Program-made: the position numbers and the translations under genes
Shown: positions 35,127 to 46,381 of the stretch, one piece after another
How positions within the stretch are numbered: position 1 is the stretch's first letter
Layout of the letters: the number at the start of each line of letters is the position of its first letter
Notes under the pieces: model-generated
What the model was told of the DNA's origin: nothing
The model's database searches: none
The model's input: the letters and a program-made list of their open reading frames with translations, nothing else
Source of the DNA: Candidatus Eiseniibacteriota bacterium
Lineage (GTDB): Bacteria; Eisenbacteria; RBG-16-71-46; JABDJR01
NCBI GenBank assembly: GCA_963762255.1
Contig: CAVXKA010000001.1
Span: 1,322,121-1,386,120, forward strand
Direction: 5' to 3'
Length of the DNA: 64,000 nucleotides

Positions 35127-36194
35127 ATGGCATTGAATATCGAGAAGCTCCTCGGTGCGGAGGCGAAACCCCTCCTGACCCACAAGTGCAAGACGATTCC
35201 CAAGGAGTCGCTGCACCTTCCCGGTCCCGACTTCGTCGACCGGGTGTTCGCTCTCTCCGACCGGCCGACGCCGGTCTTGAAGAGCCTGCAGACTCTCTAC
35301 GATCACGGCCGTCTGGGCGGCACCGGCTATCTCTCGATCCTGCCCGTCGACCAGGGCATCGAGCACTCCGCCGGCGCCTCGTTCGCGCCCAACCCGATCT
35401 ACTTCGATCCCGAGAACATCGTGAAGCTAGCGCTCGAGGGCGGGGCGAACGCGGTGGCCTCGACGTTGGGTGTGCTCGGCTCGGTGGCGCGCAAGTACGC
35501 GCACCGGATCCCCTTCATCCTCAAGATCAACCACAACGAGTTCCTCTCCTATCCCAACACGTATGACCAGTCGCTCTTCGCCAGCGTCGAGCAGGCGTTC
35601 GACATGGGCGCGGTGGCGGTGGGAGCGACCGTATACTTCGGATCGGAGGAGTCGCGCCGGCAGATCCTTGAGATCAGCGAGACGTTCGAGCGCGCCCACG
35701 AGCTGGGCATGGCCACCATCCTCTGGTGCTACCTGCGCAACAACGCGTTCAAGACCAAGGAGAAGGACTACCACGTCTCCGCGGATCTCACCGGCCAGGC
35801 CAATCACCTCGGTGTGACCATCCAGGCCGACATCATCAAGCAGAAGCTCCCCGAGAACAACGGCGGGTACAAGGTGCTCAACACCAAAGAGAACCCGTAC
35901 GGCAAGACCGACAAGCGGATCTACGAGACGCTCACCTCCGACCACCCCATCGATCTCACCCGCTACCAGGTGGCCAACTGCTATATGGGGCGCGCGGGGC
36001 TGATCAACTCCGGCGGCGCCTCCGGAGCGAACGACCTCGCCGACGCGGTCAAGACCGCGATCATCAACAAACGCGCAGGCGGCATGGGACTCATCTCAGG
36101 CCGCAAGGCGTTCCAGAAGCCGATGAAGGACGGAGTCGCGCTCCTGAACGCGATCCAGGATGTCTACTTGTCGAAGACGGTGACTGTGGCGTAG
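35127..36194 (+). CDS. fbaB: class I fructose-bisphosphate aldolase (DhnA/FbaB archaeal-type)
   Basis: DhnA-family motifs ([21 protein letters not shown], catalytic Lys region). RBS AAGGAGA. Confidence 0.85.
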   Translation: MALNIEKLLGAEAKPLLTHKCKTIPKESLHLPGPDFVDRVFALSDRPTPVLKSLQTLYDHGRLGGTGYLSILPVDQGIEHSAGASFAPNPIYFDPENIVKLALEGGANAVASTLGVLGSVARKYAHRIPFILKINHNEFLSYPNTYDQSLFASVEQAFDMGAVAVGATVYFGSEESRRQILEISETFERAHELGMATILWCYLRNNAFKTKEKDYHVSADLTGQANHLGVTIQADIIKQKLPENNGGYKVLNTKENPYGKTDKRIYETLTSDHPIDLTRYQVANCYMGRAGLINSGGASGANDLADAVKTAIINKRAGGMGLISGRKAFQKPMKDGVALLNAIQDVYLSKTVTVA

Positions 36195-36200
36195 AGCCGT

Positions 36201-36800
36201 TCAGCTCGCGGCCGGCCGCCCGATGGGAAGCACCGGGTGGCCGAGCTGCTCCTCCAGCACCTCGGCCATGGCCAGATAGATGGCGCTGGCTCCGCATGCG
36301 ATGCCCTCCCACCCCGCGATCCTGCCGATCGTCACCGAACCGCTGAAGTCACGCGCAGCGAGCAGGAAGAAGAGCACGGTGAGCGAGAGGAACACGAACT
36401 GGAGGGCGCGATTGGCGCGCAGCGTGCCGAAGAACATGAACAGGGTGAACACGCCCCATAGCGCGAGATACCAGCCCATGTACGCTTCGGGGGTCTTGTC
36501 CATCCAGGTCGTCCTCGGGCCGACGACGAGCACCACGAAGCTGAGCCAGAAAAACCCATACGACGTGAACGCGGTCAGCCCGAACGTATTGCCCTTCTTG
36601 AACTCGAGGATCCCCGCGATCACCTGAGCGATGCCTCCGTAGCAGAGGCCCATGGCCAGGACCATGGCGCTCAACGGAAAGAAACCGGCGTTGTGAATGT
36701 TGAGGAGCACGGTGGTCATGCCGAAGCCCATCAACCCGAGCGGCGCGGGATTGGCGGTCTTCTCCAAGGGGACACCTTCTTTCTGGATGCGGGCGCGCAC
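36201..36800 (-). CDS. satP: GPR1/FUN34/YaaH-family acetate/succinate transporter
   Basis: NPAPLGLMGFGMTT signature. Six TM segments. Confidence 0.85.
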   Translation of the reverse strand: MRARIQKEGVPLEKTANPAPLGLMGFGMTTVLLNIHNAGFFPLSAMVLAMGLCYGGIAQVIAGILEFKKGNTFGLTAFTSYGFFWLSFVVLVVGPRTTWMDKTPEAYMGWYLALWGVFTLFMFFGTLRANRALQFVFLSLTVLFFLLAARDFSGSVTIGRIAGWEGIACGASAIYLAMAEVLEEQLGHPVLPIGRPAAS

Positions 36801-36861
36801 GCCCGCGGCCGTTTGCGGCGCTGGCCGGCGGTACCCCGCCGGCCCCTCGCCGCCGGAATCG

Positions 36862-37977
36862 CTACATCAAGTTCTCCGGGTTGAGCCCGTGCAGTTCCTT
36901 CGGGACGAACAACCCGTCCTTGCGGACGAGCTTCCCGTCGAAGTGGATCTCGCCCCCGCCCCACTCCGGGGTCTGGATGCAGACAATGTCCCAGTGGAGC
37001 GCCGAGTGGTTCCCGTTGGGCGCGGCGTCGTAGGAGTTTCCCGGCGTGAGATGGAAGCTACCGCGGATCTTCTCGTCGAAGAGGGTGTCGAGCATGGGCT
37101 TGGTCACATGCGGGTTCACCCCGAGAGCGAACTCCCCGAAGTAGCGGGCGCCCTCGTCGATGTCGAGTATCTCGTTCATCTTCTTTGCGTCGCCCTCGCA
37201 GGTGGCGTTGACGATCTTGCCGCTCTTGATCTCGAAGCGGAGGTTCTTGAACAGCGCCCCTTCCTCCAGGGTGCTCGTGTTGTACTGGATGACGCCGTTC
37301 ATGGAGTCCCTGACGGGAGCTGTGTAGATCTCTCCGTCCGGGATGTTGATGTGGCCGTCGCACTTGACGGTGGGGATCCCCTTGATCGAGAAGCGGAGGT
37401 CGGTGCCCGGCCCCTTGATGTGCACCTGGTCCGTCTTCTCCATGAGATCGAAGAGGGGATCCATGGCCTTGCTCATCTTGGCGTAGTCGAGCGTGCAGAC
37501 GCGATAGTAGAACTCGGCGAAGTCCTCGGTGGAGCGCTGGGCGAGCTGGGCCATGGCCGGGTTCGGATAGCGCATCACGCACCACCGCTTCTTGAGCCGG
37601 ACCCCGAGGTGCACGTCCTTCCAGTAGCTGTTGTTGAACCCCTTCATGCGCTCGGCGTCCACGTCGGCGAGGTCGAAGGGGTTGGTGGGGCCGCGGAGCC
37701 CGATGTACGCGTCCACCGCCTCCATGATCGGTTTGTGGAACTGCCCCCAGGCGGCGAACTGCTCGGGAGAGGCGTTCTTGATGAAGTTGCGGCTCACCGA
37801 TTCGTCATTGTAGTACCAGAAGGGCACGCCGCCGCGCAGGGTGGCGATTCGGATCAACTCGCCCCCGAGCTCGAGGGCCTCGATGCCTTTGATCTCGATG
37901 TAGATCTTCTCGCCCGGTTTGAGCTGAATGCTGTAGTCGATGAGCTGCTCGGCTAGCTTGGTGTTTCGGGGATCCAT
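36862..37977 (-). CDS. M29-family aminopeptidase (AmpS/PepS-like)
   Basis: Collinear similarity to thermophilic aminopeptidase T/S family. 371 aa. Confidence 0.8.
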   Translation of the reverse strand: MDPRNTKLAEQLIDYSIQLKPGEKIYIEIKGIEALELGGELIRIATLRGGVPFWYYNDESVSRNFIKNASPEQFAAWGQFHKPIMEAVDAYIGLRGPTNPFDLADVDAERMKGFNNSYWKDVHLGVRLKKRWCVMRYPNPAMAQLAQRSTEDFAEFYYRVCTLDYAKMSKAMDPLFDLMEKTDQVHIKGPGTDLRFSIKGIPTVKCDGHINIPDGEIYTAPVRDSMNGVIQYNTSTLEEGALFKNLRFEIKSGKIVNATCEGDAKKMNEILDIDEGARYFGEFALGVNPHVTKPMLDTLFDEKIRGSFHLTPGNSYDAAPNGNHSALHWDIVCIQTPEWGGGEIHFDGKLVRKDGLFVPKELHGLNPENLM

Positions 37978-38002
37978 GGGGTTTCCACTCCTCGGGTTGG
38001 GG

Positions 38003-38764
38003 TCAATGAGTCGGCCCGTGCGGATGCGGATGCTGGAGGATGTGCGGTTTCTCCAGACCGTGCGCGAGCATGAACGCTTCGTCGGAAAGCAACTCCACCG
38101 TCGGCCCGTCGGCGATGACCCGGCCCGCGTCGAGGACGATCGTGCGCGGACAGAGTTCGACCACCAGTTCGAGGTCGTGGGTGGCGATGATCTTGGTGGC
38201 CGGAATGGCGCGCAGGAGCGTTTTCAGCTCCCGCTTGGTGCGGGGATCGAGATCGCTGGTCGGCTCGTCCAGCGCCAGAACGAGCGGGCGGCAGGCGAGG
38301 ATGCCGGCCAGGCATACCCGCTGCTTCTCGCCGCCGCTCAGGTGATGGGGTGCGCGGTCCTCGAACCCCGTCAGCCCCACCTGCGCCAGCGCTTCCGTCA
38401 CCAGCGCGCGCACCTCGCCGTCATTCGAGCCGAACTGCTGCGGGCCGAAGGCGACGTCTTCGTAGACGGTCGGGCAAAAGAGCTGATCGTCGGGATCCTG
38501 GAACAGAAGTCCCACCCGGCGTCGGACGATATCCACCGTCGACGCAGTCACAGGGTCGCCGTGGATGAAGACGGCCGCCGGGCCCGCGAACTTCTCAGGG
38601 AGGATGCCGTTGAGGTGAAGGAGCACGGTCGATTTCCCGGCGCCGTTGGGACCGATCAGCCCCACACACTCGCCCTCGGCCACTCCGAAACTCACGTCCC
38701 GCAAAGCGTCCTTGCCGTCCGGGTATCGGAAACTCAGAGCGCGCAGCTCGACGGCGAGGCTCAT
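38003..38764 (-). CDS. cbiO: ECF-type cobalt/nickel transporter ATPase
   Basis: Walker A GPNGAGKST, signature LSGGEKQRV, Walker B LALDEPTSDLD. Confidence 0.85.
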   Translation of the reverse strand: MSLAVELRALSFRYPDGKDALRDVSFGVAEGECVGLIGPNGAGKSTVLLHLNGILPEKFAGPAAVFIHGDPVTASTVDIVRRRVGLLFQDPDDQLFCPTVYEDVAFGPQQFGSNDGEVRALVTEALAQVGLTGFEDRAPHHLSGGEKQRVCLAGILACRPLVLALDEPTSDLDPRTKRELKTLLRAIPATKIIATHDLELVVELCPRTIVLDAGRVIADGPTVELLSDEAFMLAHGLEKPHILQHPHPHGPTH

Positions 38765-39372
38765 TGCCACCCTCGAGCGCGCATCGCCGCGTAGACCCTC
38801 TCGCCGCGCACCGACGAGCGCACGAAGAGTTGAGCGGTCACCGATGCCAAAGACTGCCACGCCTGCCGGCGAGAGCGAGCGAAGGTGCGGCTCGCCCGCG
38901 CTCGCTTCAATCGCCCCGCCTCGTCCACCAGCACGAACAGGTAGCGAACCATGAGCGCGATCACCGTGACGAGGAGCGAGGGTACGCGCATCCTCCGCAT
39001 GAAGCGGAGAAGATCCGAGACCGGCGTCACCGCGGCGAGGAGGACCATGGCGAAGAGGCAGATGGTGCTCTTGGCCAGGACGCCGAGGAAGATCACGACA
39101 CCGTGCGGCTGGAAGAGGCTCAGGAGCGCCACTCCCAGCACGAACGGCTCCAGGAGCAGGACGCGGCGGGCGAGGAAGGCGGCGGGGACGCGACTCAACG
39201 CGGCCGCGGCGAGGAGCAGCACCGCGGTCACGCCCAGCGGCCACACGCGGCCGAATGGAGTCAGCACCACCGCAAGGATCGCCGCCACCGCACCGGCAAG
39301 CTTGATCCCGGTGCGAAGCCGATGCACAGGGCTCGAGAGCCGGGCGGTGTGTTCGAAGAGGACAGAGCGCAT
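38761..39372 (-). CDS. cbiQ: ECF transporter transmembrane (T) component
   Basis: Hydrophobic five-TM protein overlapping cbiO by 4 nt. Conserved R-rich C-terminal loop. Confidence 0.75.
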   Translation of the reverse strand: MRSVLFEHTARLSSPVHRLRTGIKLAGAVAAILAVVLTPFGRVWPLGVTAVLLLAAAALSRVPAAFLARRVLLLEPFVLGVALLSLFQPHGVVIFLGVLAKSTICLFAMVLLAAVTPVSDLLRFMRRMRVPSLLVTVIALMVRYLFVLVDEAGRLKRARASRTFARSRRQAWQSLASVTAQLFVRSSVRGERVYAAMRARGWQ

Positions 39373-39382
39373 GATCGGTCTC

Positions 39383-40342
39383 TCAGCTCTTGGGCAGCGA
39401 CGCCCGCGATCGCGCCGTTCCCGGGACGAGGATTCGAGCGAGAGCGAACGCGAGTCCGAAGGCGATCACCGTTCCGATGGCCCCCGCGAGCGCGGTCGCC
39501 ATCGCGGCAGATTCGATACCGCCCAGCCGATAGTCGGCCCAAGGAGAGAGCGCCGGCGACACACTCGCCGCACGGTGCTCGAATCCGAGCTTGCCTGCGA
39601 CCCGCTCCAGTCCGTCGGGCCACGCCGAGGCGAAGGGAGCCACGAAGAGCGCGAGGCCGACCGCGAGCAGGGACCCATATGCGATCGCATCGCGATAGCC
39701 AGGGCGGGCAGTCGCGGAATCGTCCAGCAGCTCCGGCCGAGTGCGGCCGACCGCGGCGATGACGAGGGTGGTGATGAGCCCCTCGCCAAGCCCGATCAGC
39801 ATGTGCACGTTGGCCATGGCGGGGAAGGCGGCCGACCAGGCGACGGTGCCGGACCACGCGAGTTCGCCCGCACAGAGCACGGCAGCGAGTACGGTCGAGC
39901 ACCAGGCGGCGAAGAACACGGCGAGGAAGCGGCCGCGCTCGCCTCGGAGCGTCCCGCGCACGGTGCGATAGACCGCGTAGCCGAAGAGCGGCGCCGCAAC
40001 CGCCATGTTGAGGATGTTCGCACCCAACGCGAGCAGGCCGCCGTCGGCGAAGAGGAGGCACTGCACGATGAGCACCGCGGTCATGACGACGACGGCGGCG
40101 CTGGGGCCGAGGAGCACCGCCACCAGCACGCCGCCCATCAGGTGGCCCGACGTTCCTCCGGCTACGGGAAAGTTCAGCATTTGCGCCGCGAACACGAAGG
40201 CGGCGGTGAGGCCCATCAGGGGAACGCGTCGCGGCGGCACTGTGCGACGGGCCTGGCGGAGGGCGTAACCCACCCCCGCCACCGAAAGCCCGGCGGCGGT
40301 GGCCGCCGTTCGAGCGTCCAGAAAGCCGTCCGGAATGTGCAT
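39383..40342 (-). CDS. cbiM: ECF cobalt/nickel substrate-specific component CbiM with a C-terminal CbiN-like extension
   Basis: N-terminus MHIPDGFLD is the CbiM/NikM hallmark. 319 aa suggests an M-N fusion. Confidence 0.8.
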   Translation of the reverse strand: MHIPDGFLDARTAATAAGLSVAGVGYALRQARRTVPPRRVPLMGLTAAFVFAAQMLNFPVAGGTSGHLMGGVLVAVLLGPSAAVVVMTAVLIVQCLLFADGGLLALGANILNMAVAAPLFGYAVYRTVRGTLRGERGRFLAVFFAAWCSTVLAAVLCAGELAWSGTVAWSAAFPAMANVHMLIGLGEGLITTLVIAAVGRTRPELLDDSATARPGYRDAIAYGSLLAVGLALFVAPFASAWPDGLERVAGKLGFEHRAASVSPALSPWADYRLGGIESAAMATALAGAIGTVIAFGLAFALARILVPGTARSRASLPKS

Positions 40343-40374
40343 CGTTCGCCCCCCGTCCCCTCGCAGTCACGCCC

Positions 40375-40458
40375 CGCAGCGCACCCGCAGCGCACCCGCA
40401 GCCCCCCGCGGCGCCCCGCGAGCCCGAGGAGAATACACCACGGGATGGGCAATTGCCC
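40375..40458. promoter_or_regulatory. divergent promoter/operator region: tandem direct repeats (CGCAGCGCACC x2-3) and the perfect palindrome GGGCAATTGCCC (40447-40458) between cbiM and the peroxidase gene
   Basis: Seen directly. No B12-box or other riboswitch consensus recognisable. Confidence 0.35.
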
Positions 40459-40522
40459 CGCCATCGAGTACCGTATCCGTACCCCCATGCCGAGCGGTTC
40501 TTCCGGAACCAGGAGGCATACG

Positions 40523-41568
40523 TGAGACTGAGTGTAGTGATTGCCCTCGCGGGGGTCGTGTTGGCCGCCCTCGTCGGCCTGTCACCCGCCTGGGCACAAG
40601 GACGGATGTTCGAAAACGGGCTCATGCCGGCTGTGCCGGTACCGCCCGACAACCCGCAAACCGACGCCAAGGTCAGGCTCGGCGCGCAGCTCTATTTCGA
40701 TACGCGGCTCTCGGCGGACAACACGATCAGTTGTGCGACGTGCCACGATCCTCGCACCGGATGGGCCAACCCGCACGCGACCGATACAGGGATCCGCGGG
40801 CAAGTGGGTGGCCGCAATTCGGGAACGGTGATCAACGCCGGTCACATGCGGTTCCAGTTCTGGGACGGCCGCGAGCCTTCGCTCGAAGGGCAGGCGGTAG
40901 GCCCCATCCACAACCCGATCGAGATGGGCGAGACCCACGAGAACGTGGTGCGCAAGCTCAACGAGATGCCGGGCTACCGCGAGCAGTTCCAGACGGTGTT
41001 CGGCCGTGACGCCGACATCGACGGCATCGCCAAGGCCATCGCCGCGTTCGAGCGCACCATCGTCTCCGGGCCGTCGCCGTACGACCTCTACGTGATGGGC
41101 GACAAGACCGCGATGAGCAAGGCCGCGGTGCGCGGTCTGCACCTCTTCAACGGCAAGGGCCACTGCACGCCGTGCCACAGCGGCCCGATGTTCTCCGACC
41201 AGTCCTTCCACAACCTGGGTGTGGGCATGGACGCGGAGAAGCCCGATCTGGGTCGTTTCGACAAGACCAAGGACCCGGCCGACTCCGGCCGGTTCAAGAC
41301 GCCGACGCTGCGCAACATCGCGCAGACTCCGCCCTACCTGCACGACGGCTCGGCCAAGACGCTCATGGACGTGATCGACGTCTACAACATGGGCGGCACG
41401 CCCAACGCGTACCTCGATCCGCTGGTGCTCCCGCTGAACCTCACGGCGCGCGAGAAGGCCGACCTGGTGGCGTTCATGGAGGCGCTGACCGGTCCCGTGC
41501 CCGAGGTGAAGATACCGACCTTCCCCGAAGGCCAGCCCAACGCCGATCCGAAGGGAGGCCTGCGATGA
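40523..41568 (+). CDS. ccp: di-haem cytochrome c peroxidase (CCP/MauG family)
   Basis: Signal peptide. Two CxxCH motifs (CATCH, CTPCH). Conserved FERT..., PTLRN, PYLHDG motifs. GTG start with RBS GGAGG. Confidence 0.9.
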
Positions 41569-42836
41569 AGACCCGCGGCATCTTGATCTGCTCGTTCCTG
41601 GCCGTGGTCGCGGCGACCTTGTGGGCGCAGTCGGCGCTCGCGGTGCCGGTGTTCGCGCGCAAGTACGGGTTCAACTGCACGATGTGCCACTCGAACGTGC
41701 CGCGCCTGAACGATTTCGGTCAGCGCTATCGCATGAACGGGTACCGCCTGCCGGGGCTCGTGAACGAAGAGAAGACGGTGCTGGAGACACCGGCGCCGGT
41801 GGCGTTCCGCACCAACGCCGGGTACTCGATGGAGCACCTGGGCTCCGTGGCGGAGTACTACTACGGAACCGAAACCGAACACGGCTTCATCAAGGCCGGC
41901 AACGAGAGTGACTTTCGCCTGAACGGGCTGGACATCCTCTCCGCCGGGCTTCTGGGACCGCGCATCGGCTACTCTCATGGTCTACGTGCCGCCGATCTCG
42001 GCCGCGCGCGGGCTGGCCGAGCAGGAGGGTACGCTGGAGATGGCGAGCCTCGTGCTGAGCGACCTGGCCGGAAGCTGGCTCAATGCGCGGGTGGGTCGCT
42101 TCGAGCCCGCCTACGTGCCGTTCAGCGTGAAACGCCAGCTCAGCGTGGCGCCGTACGAGGTCTACGATCTCGCGTTCCCCGGCGGACCGGCGCTCTCCGA
42201 GGTGCAGTCCGGCATCGAGTTGAGCGGGTATGGCCCGCAACGCTTCCAGTACGCGGCGGGGTGGGTCGACGGCTCCGCCACCAACGCGCCCGACGATACG
42301 CCCGCCGACTTCTACGGTCGGGCCGCCTACGTGATCAATCCCGGCGAGGGGCAGACGGTGGGGCAGCGGTTGGGGGTGATCGGGTACCTGGGGAGTGCGC
42401 GACCGATGAGCGGAACCGACACGCGAGAAGTTCTCCCGGTCTCGGCGTGGACGCCAGCCTCAACGTCGCGATGGCCAACCTGGCGCTGCAGTATCTGTGG
42501 GCGGCAGACGACAAGATGCTTTGGGGCGCCGACGAGAACGTCGATTACTCGGGCGGATTCGCCGAGCTGAGCGTGCTACCCATGGTCAATCTGGTGGGGT
42601 TCGCGCGGCTGGACTTGATCAACCAGTGCGAGGACTACGGGTTCGACGTGAACCGCTACACGGTGGGTGGTCGCTACTACCTGGAGGACAATGTCGCCGT
42701 TCACGCCGAGTACTCGTACCGGATGGTAAAGGATGCCGTTGTGAGCCCTGTCGGAACTTCCGTCGTCGAGATCCGGGGGGACGCCATCAGTTCGTCGCTT
42801 CACCGCGCGACTGGATTTCGTGTTCTAGGGAAATGA
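41565..42836 (+). pseudogene. Cyc2-like fused monohaem cytochrome-porin (outer-membrane), two frame disruptions (~41975, ~42430)
   Basis: ATGA overlap with ccp. Signal peptide MKTRGILICSFLAVVAATLWAQSALA. A single CTMCH haem motif within about 12 residues of the mature N-terminus. The remaining roughly 400 aa are rich in amphipathic beta-strands with aromatic girdles and end ...HRATGFRVLGK. The segment 41977-42430 is read in another frame. Confidence 0.5.
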
Positions 42837-42878
42837 GGCCGGGGGGCGGCGCAAGCCGTCCCCCCGGATTGAAACCCG

Positions 42879-45856
42879 ATGATCGGCCGCACGATCTCCC
42901 ATTACCGCATTCTGGAGAAGCTGGGCGAAGGGGGGATGGGCGTTGTCTATCGGGCCGAGGATACGACTCTCAAGCGCGCGGTCGCGCTCAAGTTCATCTC
43001 GACTCGGGCCCTGGTGGATGAGACCGCCCGGGCCCGCTTTGTTCACGAGGCCCAGGCCGCCGCCGCTCTGGATCATCCCAACATCGGCACGATCCACGAG
43101 ATCGGGGAAGCGGACGGGCAGCTCTTCATCGTGATGGCTCTCGTCGAGGGACAGAGCCTCGGCGAGCGGATCGCGGAAGGTCCACTGCCGCTGGCGACGG
43201 CGCTCGACATCGCCCTCCAGGTGGCCGAAGGCCTCGAAGCCGCCCACGCCCGCGGCATCGTCCATCGGGACATCAAACCCGCCAACATCCTGCTGACGTC
43301 ACGCGGACAGGCGAAGATCATGGACTTCGGCCTCGCCGCGTCCCCGGAGCTGACGCAGCTCACGCAACCGGGGACGACGTTGGGCACGGTCGCCTACATG
43401 TCGCCGGAGCAGGCGCGCGGGCAATCGGCGGATGGCCGCAGTGACCTCTGGGCGCTCGGGGTCGTGCTGCACGAGATGCTCACCGGCGGGCGGCCCTTCC
43501 GAGGCGACGGCGAGCAGGCCGTGCTGCGCGCGGTGCTCAACGACCCGCCGCCTCCGGTGACCGGCTTGCGCGCGGGGATCCCGATCGAGATCGACCGTAT
43601 CCTGGAGAAGGCGCTGGCCAAGGACCCTCGCGAGCGCTACCAGCACGCGGACGAGCTCCTGGCCGACCTGCGCCGCGTGAAGCGGCAGATCGAGAGCGGG
43701 GTGGCGGCGACGGTGCCGCTCGGCGCCACCGGAGCGCAACGCGGACGGCGGTGGCCGAGGATCGCGCTTCCCATGGCGGTGGTGATCGTGGCGGCGGCGC
43801 TTTTCGCGACGCGCCCGCTCTTCTGCGACCGGGAGGCGCTGGCGAGCCCGGTGCCGATCGCGGTGATCGGCTTCGTGAACCAGACCGGCGACAGCACCTA
43901 CGACTACCTGCAGGCGGCGATCCCCAACCTGCTCATCACGAGCCTCGAGCGATCGCGGTTCCTGCGCGTGGCGACCTGGGAACGCATGCAGGATCTGTTG
44001 CGCCAGTCGGGGCGGCCGGCGATAGAAGTGATCGACAAGGATACCGGCTTCGAGCTCTGCCGCATGGACGGCATTCAGACCGTGGTGCTGGGCACCATCA
44101 CCCGGGCCGGCGACACCTTCGCCACCGACGTCAAGGTGCTCGACGTGGGCACCAAGGAGCTCCTCGCCGGGGCGAGCGCACGCGGCAAGGGGGTCGAGAG
44201 CATCCTCGAGTCGCAGATCGACCGCTTGAGCCGCGACATCTGCAACGCGGCCGGGATTGAGCGAACGTCGGGCGGCCCCCACCGAGGCCCCGGTGGCGGG
44301 CGTGACCACCGCCTCGATGGGCGCCTACGACCTCTTCCTGCGCGGCAAGGAGGCCTACTGGAAGACGTACCACGCTGAGGCCCGCGAGGTCCTCCGGCAG
44401 TCCGTTCAACAGGATTCCACCTTCGCGGTGGCGTGGCTCTACCTCGGCCGAGTGTACGCCGCCCTGCAGCGCGAGCGCGAGCGTGACGACGCCTACCGCA
44501 CCGCCATGCGTCTGGTCTCCCGGGCCGCGGAGAAGGACCGCCTCTACATCGAGGCCGCCTACGCGGCCACGGTGGAGAAGGACACCGCCAAGCAGGTAGC
44601 GCATCCTTCGCGAGCTGGTTCGTCGATACCCCGGGGAAAAGGAGGCGCACCAGGCGCTGGGCCTCTGCTTCAGAGGCCAGGGGCTGTACCGGGAGGAAAT
44701 CCCCCAGTACGAGGCCGCCCTGGCGTTGGACCCGCAGTTCGCCGCGGTGCTCAACACCATGGCCTACGCCCACGCGCGGCTGGGGGAGATGGAGCAGGCG
44801 GAGGCGTACCTGAACCGGTACGCGGCGGCCGCGCCCGGGGATGCCAACCCCTTCGATTCCATGGGTGAGCTCTGCTTCGACATGGGAGATCTGGATCGCT
44901 CGCGCGCGAACTTCGAGCGCGCGTTGGCGGTGCGTCCCGATTTCAATTCGCACGTCAAGCTCGCCTATCTCGCGGCGCTGCGACGAGGACTACGATGGGG
45001 CGGCCGTAAGTCCTGTCCCGGCGGCTTGCGCTGTCGGGGGATCCTCGCGACATGGTGAACACCCGGTGGTGGCAGGCGTTCTACATGTTCTGGCAGGGCC
45101 GGCGTCGGGAGAGCCTCGACGCCTACGACGAATTGGTCCGGCAGTCCGAGGCGTCGGGGATGCCCTGGATCGCGACCTCCGCAGGGTGGGGGGCCGGGAT
45201 CGTCGAGATCGCGCGCGGGGACATCGCCGACGCTCGCGTGCGTTGCGCCGATCTGGACGCCTACAGCCGGACGGTGGCCGCCGATCGGCAACCCGGTGTC
45301 CGGATCCGGGTGGAGTACTTCCGCCTTCTCGTCGAGCTCCGCGCCGGGGACCTGGATTCCGCCCGCGTTGCGCTCGCGCGCGCGGAGCAGTTCTACGCCG
45401 CGTGTTCTTCCCGGCGACCACGAGACGGCCGTCGCGTTCCTGGACGCGATGCGAGGCGAGTTGCTGCTGGCGGAAGGCAAGCTTGCGGACGCCACGTCGG
45501 TGTTCGTTCGCTGCAATGAACCCGAGTTCCTCATGACCGACCTGATGCGAGGGGCCCTGTTCAACGTGTCGTACCCCGTCGATGGGCTTGCTCGCACCTA
45601 CCTGGCGCAGGGGAAGCGGGACGCCGCCATCGCGGAATACGAACGGCTGGTCTCGCCCGATCCCAACCAGCGCGCTCGTCTGTTGATCCGTCCGCTGGAC
45701 CGCTATCGCCTCGGGGTGCTCTACCAGGAAGCGGGAGAGAACAAGAAAGCGGTCGAGCAATTCGACCGCTTCCTCGCGATCTGGAAGGACGCCGATCCCG
45801 ATATCCCGGAATTAGCCGACGCCAGGGCCCGGCGCGCCGCGCCGGCGGGCAGGTGA
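42879..45856 (+). pseudogene. Ser/Thr protein kinase with a TM segment and C-terminal TPR-repeat region; at least four frame disruptions (~44275, ~44590, ~45020, ~45410)
   Basis: Hanks kinase motifs (GEGGMGVVY, VALK, HRDIKPANILL, DFG, SPE). TM helix IALPMAVVIVAAALFA. TPR-like helical repeats continue through 44257-45856 in alternating frames. Confidence 0.7.
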
Positions 45857-46027
45857 TCGAAGCCGCTTTCTTACAGGCTGTCCCCCACGTCGTTTCGAGG
45901 AAGTAACCATGCGGTGATCGCGGTGTCGCCGGAGGTGAACCAGACATCCATCGGAGGGGTGGTCTGGAAGGCGACCTGGGGGCTGGCGGAGAGCGATCTC
46001 CTCGCAGCATTCCCTCACCGTCGATCC

Positions 46028-46381
46028 CTACCGTGCGTGACGTGGCGCACTGTGGTGGCCGACCCAGAATCCGGTCAGGAAGATCGCGGTCTGGACGAAG
46101 ACGGCGGCGGCGGCGGGAATCGGGGAGCGCCACCAGGGTCTGACCCGCGACGGGCGGCGATTCCCGGCCTGCGTCTCCAGGAGCTGCATCAGCACCCGCG
46201 CCGGCGGGTCGGGGAGCGCGGATTCGCGGAAGCGCGCGATCGCCCCCTCCATCGCGCGAATCGTCTCGCCGCACGCCGGGCACGCCGCGGCGTGAGACTC
46301 CACTTCTGTACGACCCGCGGGATCGAGTTCGTCCAGCACGTAGGCGATCAGGACGTCTTCGACAACATGATGTTCGCTCAT
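46028..46381 (-). CDS. zinc-binding anti-sigma factor (HxxxCxxC ZAS-like) with a C-terminal TM segment
   Basis: ESHAAACPACGE motif. Overlaps the upstream ECF sigma gene by 4 nt. RBS GGAG. Confidence 0.65.
   Translation of the reverse strand: MSEHHVVEDVLIAYVLDELDPAGRTEVESHAAACPACGETIRAMEGAIARFRESALPDPPARVLMQLLETQAGNRRPSRVRPWWRSPIPAAAAVFVQTAIFLTGFWVGHHSAPRHAR

Noticed and set aside
40343-40522. Cobalamin or NiCo riboswitch upstream of cbiM
   Set aside because: No B12-box-like GCCACTG core or conserved riboswitch stems were recognisable by eye. Only DNA palindromes and direct repeats were found, and a covariance-model scan is still needed.
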